Source of the DNA: Podarcis filfolensis
Lineage: Eukaryota
Strand: one strand, 5' to 3'
Length of the DNA: 64,000 nt
Assembly (NCBI GenBank): GCA_964270895.1
Contig: OZ185437.1
Under the pieces are notes generated by a model, which saw only the letters and a list, made by a program, of their open reading frames with translations, was not told the origin of the DNA and did no database searches. Positions 28,901-41,400 of this stretch are shown one piece after another. A program made the translations under genes and the position numbers. Within the stretch, counting starts at the first letter, position 1. Each line of letters starts with the position of its first letter.

Positions 28901-29451
28901 ACCATTTGATTTTTAATATGCAGATCACGTTAAACAATAATTGACTTCTACTAGTTTTTCTGCTAGAAAACATTGTGCCTCCCCCATAGTAAGTCAGAAA
29001 AATTATGAAGTCAATCTTTAAGATGATTCCATGACAGTTCACCAGATTTAAGTTTCCAGGGTATGCATTTGGAATTAATCAAATTATAACAGGCTATCGT
29101 TTGTCAGTATTTTCACATGTCCTGTGGGAAACACTCTGACTGCTATTGTAGCCAAAATATTTCATCTTTCTGTAAAGCAGGTACCTGTTATATAATCTTA
29201 CTCCCACACTCATCTTCTAACATGCAGCAATAAATGGAGAGTGTAGGTGGCTTTTGGACTCCTGCCTACCAACCATTATTGTGACAATAACTATTGGCGT
29301 TTCTCCTGGTTTATGCGCCCAGCCAGGCTAACATGAAATTATCCATTTATCCTCTTTCACCTAGTGATTCTGTTAAGCATCTGAGAAGCAGAAGGGATTG
29401 TGGGCATTTTGCTATGGGCTCATTTTGTTCCACAGAAAAACAATCCAGGTA

Positions 29452-29489
<38 letters not shown>

Positions 29490-32400
29490 ATCATAGAGTT
29501 GGAAGGGACCCTGAGGACCATATAGTCTAACCCCCTGGAATGCAGGGATATGCAGCTGTCCCTTATGGGGATTGAACCAGCAACCTTTTCATTATTAGCA
29601 CTACACTCTAACCAACTGAGCTAACCTCATGGCAGGCTTAAAAAGATCTAACTTTAGTTCTCTAACCACAGGGTGCTATACTTTTGTGAGGGGAATACTA
29701 ACTCTCACAGTGCCTCCAAATTACAGTTCTTGGGATTTTCTGGAGGAAGCCATGACAGTTAAAATGGTATAAAACCAATATAAAACAAAAGGCAATGACA
29801 ATAGGTGCACAAGAGATGTATATATAACATGTCTTTCTCTTCTAGGAGTTCACAATGCAATTAAATATAGTGTTCTTTAAAAAGGCTTCTTTGAATTACT
29901 GTTAATGCCCAAAACCCTTTGAGGGAAAACTCACTTCATCAGAGGAATTTTGAAAATATAACAAACAGTGTGGTTTGGATGCTAACTTCTACTCAAGGAA
30001 GAGTGGAAGGAGAGTTTCTCACACTATTCCCTTTTCAGCCCCCTAAACTCTCCAAAATCTGGTCATCGGTAACCCTTAAGAAATGATGTGGGTGGCTCGC
30101 TCCCTTACATGAACAAAGAAGCATTTTATGCTCCAAACCTTTATATTTAAAAGCACGTTTTATTGTATTAAAATGCAATAAAACAGAACTTTGATGTGAT
30201 AATAGTGTGCTGTTTATATATTACTGTATTGTTTAATATGAACCACATTATATTATGCAAAGCAGAATAAATCTTCCCATACATACATTTCTTGTGTACT
30301 TATTGTACTTGCTTTTTATTTTTCTTGCTTTGATTCTGTCTTTTGGCTTTTCCTAGAAAAAACTATATTGCCTTATAGAGTGCATATGTCCACAGTTGTC
30401 AGGTTATGGTGATAATTGCTGTTGTCCCCTCCAAAGCAGAAAAGGTGAAATCCAGTTCTATAGTAGAACTGAGCACAGATGCACATATCCTATGTGTGCT
30501 ACCTTTTCATATATACTGAATGGAAGAGGCCAATCCTTTCTCATTTACATTTTTTGTGTATTATAAAGAGGAAGGTTACATTTGAGACATGCATATGCCC
30601 TTCACAATTGACACAAAGTGCAAATATGTTATATTTCGGCATTTGTAATCCAGAACAAGAGCAGGATGTCAGGTAAAATCACTGTCTGGATCTCCAGTTG
30701 GCCCTCCTTATGCTGCTAACCAATATTTGTCTCAGATTCTTGCAGTTCGAATGGTGTAAATGACGATCAAACAGAACCACCTTACTAGAGGAGAATTATT
30801 TACATATCTGTCTCCCCAAATGCATTATCAATACCACAGTTTGGCACATGCAACAAGAAGCAACAAACAAGCTTCAAATGACTAAACCAAGTGAACGAAG
30901 TCACATGTTTATAGACACCCTTATTCTAGGAATGTGACCTAGAAGAACAGCAGTAAGTTTGAACGTGAAGTTTAGACATCCACTTAACTAGTTTCATTAT
31001 TTCTGTATATATTTCCTTGTTCAATTTTGTGTATTTATATTTCTCTTTTAATGCATTTTTCTCAAAGTATCTCAAAATTTAGTAATATTTATTTATCTTC
31101 TGTAATTCAGTTGAAAATATATAAAGGATACACCAGTTCATATAGGCACACCGACAAGAACAAACATATATATACTAGCACACAGTCACTGTGTTCACTT
31201 ATTATGTTACACACACCTTTGCTAACTCAATGTCATCCAGATGTTTTAGACTCCCATCAACCCCAGCCAACATGGCAATGAACATTGCATGAAAGCATAA
31301 ATGGCCCCAAAGTCCCCACTTCACTAGGCTACATTGTACTGGCAACAACAAAGCATAATCCCTACCTTGTCATATCAGCTGACCCTGAGCTTGTGGTTGT
31401 TTTTCCCCAGCCATGAGCAGTAAGCCATTAATAAATCTTGGTTACCACACATAGTTTGTTCAGAGAGAAACAAGCCCAGACTTGTGGTTTGCTGCTTCTG
31501 GTACAGCCAAGGAGAAGAGCGCAGGAGAAGTGAAGCAGGGACTTTGGAAAAGTGTGCCTTGACATGCTGCTCATATGCACTATACAATAATTAAACTAAC
31601 TATGGTTTAACATGACATGCAAGCTGGGCCATTAACACACACCAACACGAACCAAAACATCGCCACCACAAAACAGTATTTGCAAAAGACATAATATGGG
31701 ATTTGTAATTTAAATTGTAATATTGTATATTATCCAGATATTTTGGTTTGGAAAAAAATATTCCACATGAAATCTATTCCTTAACAAATAAAAACAGATA
31801 ACATAAAACTGCAGTACATACATTTTTATAGTAATTGGGATAATTTGCCACTGTAAGTTTTAAAGAGTATCCCTCCCCATTGTTTTAAGACATGGCGGAT
31901 GTACTCATTTTCATATTTAAGTATAGAAATTAAATGACACTTTTCTACAGCTTATGTTCTGATTTCAGAAAGTTTTATCAAATATGTATTTCAGAATACA
32001 GAAAAAAGAGAGTAATGGACTACTTTTAAAATGCCTTCTGATAGAATGAAATGGAGCTACAGTACAAACTAAGAAACTTGCCTAAGATTTATTTATTTAT
32101 TTGGCTCAGATCTTCTGCTATTCATGAATCAGGAGCACTTAAGCACCACTGATTTTCAAGAAACTTAAAAGGACTTGAGTAGAGTAGACCTCAAGCTGTA
32201 AGCTTGAAACTCTAAGCAAAAATACTCAGTGGAAGAAAAATAAAAATAAAAATGATATTTTCATTTCTGGGACACATTAACCCTAGAATCCATCGAGAAT
32301 GGTGAACTTCACCGGACCTGACACCACATATAAGACATTGTGGAGGGAGTAGCTTGCACTTGTATTCCCCCATGGTGCAAAAGTGGTCATCAAGCACTGC

Positions 32401-35400
32401 CATGCTTCACTGTTTACTCTTATGATGCTAGTAAATCCTTGGTTGCAAGTGTTGTTGTTTTAAAATCTAGGAACCACCATCCTACAAAAGATTATCAGTT
32501 CTAGCCATCTGTTTGGTGGGGGGATTCCAATCACATAGTAAAGGCATAGCTTTCAGCTGAATTATTTGCTACTGAGATAAAGAAAGAGTTGAAAATATGT
32601 TTGTGTGTTTGTGCATTTGCAACAAAATGGGATAGAAATAAAAACAATCCTCTGAAATGGGCAACTTTTTCTTGTTCACAATCAAGGAGCACTTGAAGAT
32701 ACTATGTGCATCTGATATTTTATTAATGCACCTGGAAAAAGAAAACAGAACCTAGCATATGACAAAAAGAATTCAGAGTATGTAGCAAAGGTTTGAGTAT
32801 AGAAGCTGTTGGGCCCAGTAGTTGCTTTATTATTTCAGCATTATTTGAGAAACAAGATACACAAAAATCATAAATTATCTACTATACTGGAATAAATTAC
32901 TGTAGCCACTGGCTGCAATACATAGCACGATATAAAACATTATACACTCTGTGAAAATATACCATGAGGATATTTTGCAGGAAAAGAATATTAATGGAAA
33001 ATATATCTATCTATTCACACCATTATATGTTTTCCTATTACATAAACTAAAAGGTCTGAGTGTAAATTCAACTCTATGGGGGGCACACCTCCTGCAAAAC
33101 CTTCCTCCTTGGTATCTTTGTCTCAAAGTGTGATACATTCTTTTTTACATCTTTGCAGCTGTGAAATCAGATAAAAGCATTTCCCTCTCTTTTGAAGCTT
33201 TCTAGAGGAGAAGAGAGAAAGCAGTATTTTAATGCTAAATATAATGCGAACCAATCACCTTAACTTGGCTGATTTGCATATCCAAGGACGATGTTGTTTC
33301 CAAGGTATCCAGCGCTTTTTCTTTTTCAGTGATCCAGATGGACAAAGCTTCAAATTTTTTGCCAAAATGATCCCACTTGTTTTTCACCATTTCCATGGTT
33401 TTAATACTAAAATCAACCATATTTAGTAGAAAAAATTAACAGTTTGTTACTGTTGAACTATGCCCATTTTCTTACATCTCCAGTTTGCTGAAAATGCTTA
33501 CATAATAGCATGCCTTTTTTATTAATTTTTTAAAAGCATATTTCAAATGTCGGTTTACAGGTTTTATAAAAGTTATAGCACCTCAGGAGTCTGCCCTTAT
33601 ATTACCTCAGGAGTGTGGGAGTTAAGGGACGTGGGTGGCACTGTGGGTTAAACCACAGAGCCTAGGACTTGCCGATCAGAAGGTCGGCGGTTTGAATCCC
33701 CGTGACGGGGTGAGCTCCCATTGCTCAGTCCCTGCTCCTGCCAACCTAGCAGTTCGAAATCACGTCAAAGTGCAAGTAGATAAATAGGTACCGCTCCGGC
33801 GGGAAGGTAAACAGCGTTTCCATGTGCTGCTCTGGTTCGCCAGAAGCGGCTTAGTCATGCTGGCCACATGACCTGGAAGCTTTACGCTGGCTCCCTCGGC
33901 CAGTAAAGCGAGATGAGCGCCGCAACCCCAGAGTTGGTCACGACTGGACCTAATGGTCAGGGGTCCTTTAGTGTGGGAGTTGCTTGGCTACTTCCCTCTC
34001 CTGAAAAGTTCTGTGAATTAGCAAAACTTCTCATGTGTGATTTTAAGACGTATAGCAAGAGCAGTCTGGCAAGAAGCTACCCTGTAGCACCTACAACATT
34101 GCCAAGAGAACCTAAGAATGATTTTTTTTAATAGGTTTATTATAATTAGGGACTGTTAGCCATTTAAAAATTTGGAACCTATGAACGCCACTCAGAGCCA
34201 TTCAAATTAACTGAAGTTCTGAGGAGATGTGACTTACCATGAAACCAAGACAAAATGTAGAGAAGAGGTTTTTGAACATGTGCATATTCCTACCTACCTA
34301 CTCTGCACCTTGGTATTCAATGCAGCATTGCAGCTATTTAGTGCATGTACCTATTTGATGCTCACACAGTTGCAACAGATCTGCTTTGGCACCCTTAGGA
34401 TATTAGCTTTCCATTCTTCCCCTCCCTTTAAAAACATTTATGGATTAAGGCTTTGGAGTAAATCTTGGAGAGCATGTGTACAATATCTGATGAAATCTCA
34501 GACTACTCAGAGCTACTGAGCAAGGCCTTGAAATGGCTCCTGTTCACTGTTCAAGAGTTCATGGTCATTCTTACTACATTACTTTTCCATAGTAATGTAG
34601 TTCCCTCAATCTCCATTGTGCATTTCCTTTGTTCCACTTCTGTTCATTCATAGCTACCATTTTACCACTCCCTCCCACCACCAGGTGTGTAACATGCTTC
34701 ATTAAGAGCATCCCTGTGTGATTGCGCTCATGCCACAACTGTTCTAGAAGAGAGGGAGAATGCTTCTCAACAAATAATGCTTGATGTGTAGTAGCCTAAA
34801 ACCCACTCTACTAACTTTTGTTGTTGTTGTTGTTGTGCTGGATGTCCTTTCTGGGCAAATTTCAAACTTGCAAAACCCATCAATTCCAAAGGAATATGAC
34901 TGGCTTTCTTTACAACTGATGGCGTACATTTTCTATCTTATTTAGGAAGACAAGTCTATTGTTAGCTGAACTGAGGCAAATTGGGCACAAGGAGCAGGGC
35001 AATCTGTGAGGCTGCAAAGAATGAATGTGCATTATGAATCATATAGCTATATACATAAACCATACATTAGGGTAAGTACATATCTGAGGAAGTCAAACAG
35101 TCAGTTGAAGATGCATGCATATTTTTCAACTTAATTATGATTGTCTTGCACCTGGATCAATTACATTACATCTGTTAAAACAGCACTGAAAACATGCACT
35201 GAAAAACAGCATCTCACTGGAAGCAATAAAAAGGCACTAGAAGTCTTCTGAAGGAAACTTTTCTACTTGTGGGAAAGAAAGAATAAAGACCACTAAAAAA
35301 TTACATAACTGGTGTTAGGAGAAAGAGAAAAGAGCAATATGGAAAGAAAGAAGCCACTCACAACAAAACAAATAGCATATGAAATTGCATTCTCCATGAT

Positions 35401-38400
35401 TACTTCTGGGGCAATATTGTCTTACTAAAATGCAGCTCCTCTCTAAAGGTAGTGAAAAGTAACCATGAAGTAGGTAAACAAATTTACATAGATTTATCCA
35501 GCAGAAAAAAAGGGAAGGTATAATGAGAGGCCAAATGCAAAAAAATGACATTTATTTCGTTGTACCTGCATCACTGAACACTGTTCATTCTGAAAAGTAA
35601 TGTTCCAGAGAACAGAACACTGGACTTAGATCAGAAGTAATGTGGTTTAAATCTCTGTGCAGGCATGGAATCAATGGTTGCCTTGAACAACTCACTAACT
35701 TTCAGCCTCAGGTTCTTGCCTATGAAATGGGAATATTAGTGAACTCTCCCACAAAGGTGTTGTGAGGATGAATCAATCTTTAAAACTCTTTTGGGACTAT
35801 ATGATGCCATGGATGCATTGATTTGTAGAATTTTCCAAATGAACTAGGATCTCAACAGAACTGGGCAGCACTTCTTGGGAGCAGCTCCTTGGGCTGTGGC
35901 ACTGCAAATATATGTATCAGCCCTGAAAGGCAGCAACAGCAATATATTTAAGTTTTTGGTTCATTTGTATGAATAAATCTTTGGAGCAATGTGTGGACAT
36001 CAAAGTGAATGTGTGAATTGGCACGTGTCCACTGATATTTTGATTTTTGTTAACAATAATGTGAGTTGTAACATGGTTGCACCTTTAGGCCTTTTAAGAA
36101 TGTTGATGGCTTATTCAAAAGCCCTGCTGGAATTAATAGGTGGTTTACATATTACGGCTGCAAATCATTTTAATTGTCTCGTGCAGTAGTGTAAAAGTTG
36201 CTATATGCGTAACAGCCATAACATGTTAACTGGTCCTAATATTTTCAAAACTGGACCATTAGGCCAGATCCAACTTAAGGCAGGAAATAGAACTTTGAGC
36301 TGAAAGTCCACTGTAATGAAGCATCATTTTTAGCAACAAGAAAAAGAACTGGGTTTTAACTTCAGTGAGGAAAAAGGCACATTTTTATATTCTCGTGCAC
36401 ACAGATTGGGAAAATATGAAGAAAAATACTTTAAAAACTAGGCATACGTTTCTTCTAAAGGCTTCAGGCACTTTAGGATATGGCACTATTCATTTATCCT
36501 TGCCTGAGTCAAATATGTGTGTTACTGAAGTGTATTATATTACTTCAGTTCTGTGCTCAATTAACTGCGCTTAGTTACATTAAAATTAATTGGCTTGAAC
36601 ATGCATAATTGGATTTATAATTGCAGCTTAGCATGGCAGTTCTAAGGTCACTTGCATAAATAAATGCAAATGAGTATCTGATAAATGAGTATCTGCTTCT
36701 TAGTACAATGCATCGAGGGACAAGTTACTATTTTCTGTATTGGTTAGTCATAATAGTTGTTTATACTCTTTCAGTACTACATGGTAATTTCTGCTGTATG
36801 ACAAACTGAGGTTTACAAAGCCAGTTGTGAATAAACACCGCATTTTGATAAGACAACAAAATGTACAATTCTTGTGTCAGGAGGGAATTAATACTATGAC
36901 TGTTTAAGAACATACTCTTCTTCAAGTGAAGCTTCCATTTTTTTAACTTGTTCCCGGACCGACTTTGCTTGCTGTTGAAGGGTTTGCTTCTTCTTCTCAC
37001 CAAGCTGTATTGCAAAAGACTTCTTGACAAGAGTCTCAGCCTCCATGGCCATGGCTACTGTCTGCTTAGAAAGTGCCTGTAAAGAGGTGTGGAGTTATGA
37101 ACAGAATATATTTGTGGGGAAAGTCTAGAAATACGTTATTAGCAACTGGTCAAGCAGTGATCATTATTCATCTTGAGTGGATACCTTTGTAAAAAAAAGA
37201 ACTCCCAGTAGCTTCATAAAATTACTACTACAGTGGTACCTGGGGTTACTACACTTCGGGTTACATACGCTTCAGGTTACAGACTCCGCTAAACCAGAGA
37301 TAGTACCTTGGGTTAAGAACTTTGCTTCAGGATGAGAACAGAAATCGTGCGGCGGTGGCACAGCGGCAGCGGGAGGCCCCATTAGCTAAAGTGGTGCTTC
37401 AGGTTAAGAACAGTTTCAGGTTAAGAACGGACCTCCGGAACGAATTAAGTACTTAACCCGAGGTACCACTGTACAAGTATCTCTGGTTTAGATGAGGAAT
37501 ACCCCCAAAGAACAGATTACAAAATAGTATAGTATATAAATAGGTTTTTGAAAGGAACTAATAATAATGGATTGTTATTATTTATTTCCTTTATGAATCA
37601 CTTCCTATGAAGTAATTCAAAATGATTTCATAATACAGGGTGGCCCAAGAGTAGGTATACTTTTAAAAACAAACAAACAAACAACAAACATTTCTCTTTC
37701 CCGATACTGTGAATGATGAGAACTTGAGTCAAGAACAAAGAAAATGGATTCTAAAGCAGTATACCTACTTTTTAGCCACCCTGTACAATGAAACATATCT
37801 AAAGCAATGGCATATATAAAAATGGTTCTTGGCTGATATGTAATGGGAGGCAATTCCAAAGGGCAGGTGCTGCCACACTAAAGACTCGATTCCAACATCA
37901 TGCAGAATATATCTTTGGATAAGAGGGTATCTATAGGATGCCCTCTCCTGCAGAGCACCGTGATCAGTTGGGTATGTAAGTGATGAGGTAAGATGCTCTT
38001 TTAGGTATCTTGGTCCTAAGTTGTGTAGGGATTTATACATCAGCACCAGAACTGGAGGTGGTAGCCTCTCTTGTTCCAATATTCTTAACTACTAAGTCCA
38101 CAATTCAGTCCCACTGCCAATGCAGCAGCCACCATGCCAAAGATTGCCAAAAGTGCACAGGGCCTGTTTTCCACTACCTGAAATCCTGCCCAACTGATAG
38201 ATTACTAACTTGAACGGATAAGCAGGGAGAAGGGAATATAGGAATTGGCACAGTCTGTTCTGCTGCATTCTGTGCCCCACTGTAGAAAGAGAGTGAAACC
38301 AGGACTCTACTGAACCTATGGGAATTGTTTATAATGGATGCTATGCCCAGGTTGACCAATATTGTGATGTGTGTGTTTTTTTCTTGGAAAATATACTATA

Positions 38401-41400
38401 GCACATTTTCAAGGATGTTTCCCAAGGCAAAAACAAGGAAATAAAATAAGATATATATCCTCAGTATAATAGCAAAAGAACCAATTATGATTGTAAAATT
38501 CCAAGTACAGCAACATACATACCTTTGTCTTTTCTAGTTCTGATGACAAACTCTCTAAGCTGCTAAAGCTTAAGATGCGTTCAAGGGCAGAGCTTGCATG
38601 ACTAAGGTACTTTACAACCGTTTCTTTGTCCCTTTCAAACTGTTCCCATGTGCTTACAGTGAGCTACAAGAAAGAAAAAGAAGTAAAAGAAAAAGTTTGC
38701 CTGCAATTTACTAGCGATATTGTCAAAGTTGATAATGACCTGGTTTGAAATATTAATTTTGTCTAGCTCAAATGATAATGAGTCAAACACCATTTCCCCT
38801 GATAGGTTCTTCTCCAATTCAGAATACAAAACAAGATTCTGAACATGCAAAATCAGTCTATTTTAGCACTTCATCTATTTTTTTGCTCATACTCCACAGA
38901 CACTAATCACAGCTCAGACACAGCTATGCAAAAGCCCTGTAAAAGCTTGCTTTTAGGGCTCTAGAAAACCCTGCAGCATCTGAGCCACTGGCACAAGAAA
39001 GTTCCCAAGCCTTGAGAACAAGGGAGCTGTGTAATCACTGAGTTTGTCTCAGCAAGAATCATCATCTGCATGAATCGATGCTTAGGCAAAATCTCTTTAT
39101 ACACACTCTGTAAGCCACCCCCCCAACCCATGAAACTGTTAGGAGCTCCACCTTAGCACAGTTTTAATGTAAGTCCCATGGCCCAGAAGAATGTATATAG
39201 AGTATATAAAAGGAATATGCTTAATCTTCAGCTCATGCCAACAAGGAACTTTCCTAGTGCTTTGTCAGAGAAGCTCAAGGTTTGCATAACTGCCTTGCTC
39301 TGACACTTGGGAGCTTCCCTGAGTTATGCCCTGAGCCAACAGCTAACAGACTGTACAGCTCCCTGGAGCTGGAATGCCTGTATGTCTGCAGACAAGTGCA
39401 AAGTGGAGATGCTGGTGTTTCACAAGCAGAAAAAATGGCCAATTTTAACAAGAAAATGTATTACATTGTTCAAACTCAAAACCAAACAACTAAATATAGA
39501 GCAATTAAATCATAAACAAGGGGACTGTTTTTGTTTCTCTGTGGAGTTACATGAATAACACACTGACCTGCAATTGATCTTCACGTTTATCCATAGATTG
39601 CTGCATGTTTTCTAACATACTCTCCAACTTCCATAGGTCTTCTTGCACAGTGGGTGACAGACCACCTTCAATCTGTAGCTGCTTACCTCGGGCCATTTGC
39701 TGTTGCACATCTTGCCTCTTTTCATGGAGCCTCTTTGTCTTTTGCTGGGAGAAAACATCGGTAAGGGCTGAAGCAGATGTAGACATACTGATTCCCTCAC
39801 TACAGAAATAGCCACATAGCTATGTATATATACAAGTGGCAGTGAAAGAGGTGACTATAAAAGTGCTTACTAACGAAACAAGTGAAGGTTCACATATGGG
39901 CTATTGTCCTACCTGGTGATACCGAAGGAGTTGCTGAGCCTGTAATAAGCTTTCAACCTCTAAGATTTTATCAGCTTCTGCCTGAGCTTCTTTTGAATTT
40001 GTGATCAGTTCTTCCAGATTGACTTTCACCTCTTCTGTGTGCTGGACGCAATCACCTACAGCACTCAACATTTTCTCAATCTATTGTTAGGAGAAATATT
40101 AAAACTCCGTGAAGCAGTTCAGTGTCAAGAATCAATACTTTCAATCAGGGGTGAGGATCCTTTGGCCCTCCAGATGTTGCTGAACTACTTTTACCATTAC
40201 TGGCCAGTGAACATTTCTGCTGGGCCTGATGGGAGTTGTAGTTCAGCAACGTCTGCAGGGCCAAAGGTTATCCACTCCTGCTTTTAATGATTAAAAAAAC
40301 AACAACCCTGAATTTTGCCAACTATTAAATTTATTATTTCTAAGTTTTTACTTTTGTGACCACAGCGCACTGCAAAGTAGGTATGAGTAGATTCCCTCCA
40401 TTCCATTTGGTTAATGCTTTCTGAATTTGCTCTGTCTCACTTTTCCTGTTTCCAGTTCAGCTTCAGAGATTTTTTAAATGAATTGCAGAAGTGTCATTAT
40501 TCAATGACTTTCTCCTCCATACTAGTACATATTTTATATAGGAAGTAGCAAACCCATCTTCCAACTGGGATCCTTATGTAATCATAATGGTATCATTAAT
40601 GAACACGAGGAAGGGATTAGCAGGCTCAGGGGAAACCCCAAGGATATTTAGGGAGAATAAAAAATAAACATGTGTCTAAACCCCTCCCCCCAAAGCCCAT
40701 TGAGGGCTAAGCCTTCTCAAGCTGCATACACAAAATACATTTAAAGCACCCATTTCAAAGAACCCTGGGAACTACAGTTTAGCCTTCACAAAGTTACAGT
40801 TCCCATGATTTGGGTGTGTGTGTGCTTCAAGTGTATGATAGTTCATATGCAACCTCAGAGGCCGCATCTTGGGATCTCATGCACCAGTTCAGTCCATATG
40901 AGTAACGGCATTCTTTCAGATAGCCAGGTCTCAAGCTGTTTTGGAATTTATAAGTCAGCCGACAAAAACACCCCAACAACAACAACTTACACTTGGCTCA
41001 GTATCAACTTGGCAGCCAATGCTGCTCTTTGAGCAATGATATCACATATTCACAGAAGATGCTAAACTAGCATTGGGAAAGGACAGACCTCTGTGGTCAA
41101 GATAGTCAGCCAATACAACACGTGGAAACTGACCCTGTATAAAGGAGCCAAACTACTCTAACACAGTGCCCCTTACTCCCAATTCACAGAGTTGGTCCCG
41201 TACAATACCATGTTATCAAGAGCTGCAGAGGGCCACACTCCCCAATTTCTCTCCTGATAAAGGTCATACACAAGGGCAACCAAGGCTGATTCATTCCTGA
41301 ATCCACAGTGGTATGAGTCCAAATAATCCATTTCCTCCAATAGTGTCTGAAGCTGTACAGCTATCACCTTCTCTAGCACCTTTCCCCAAAAGAGTGGAAT

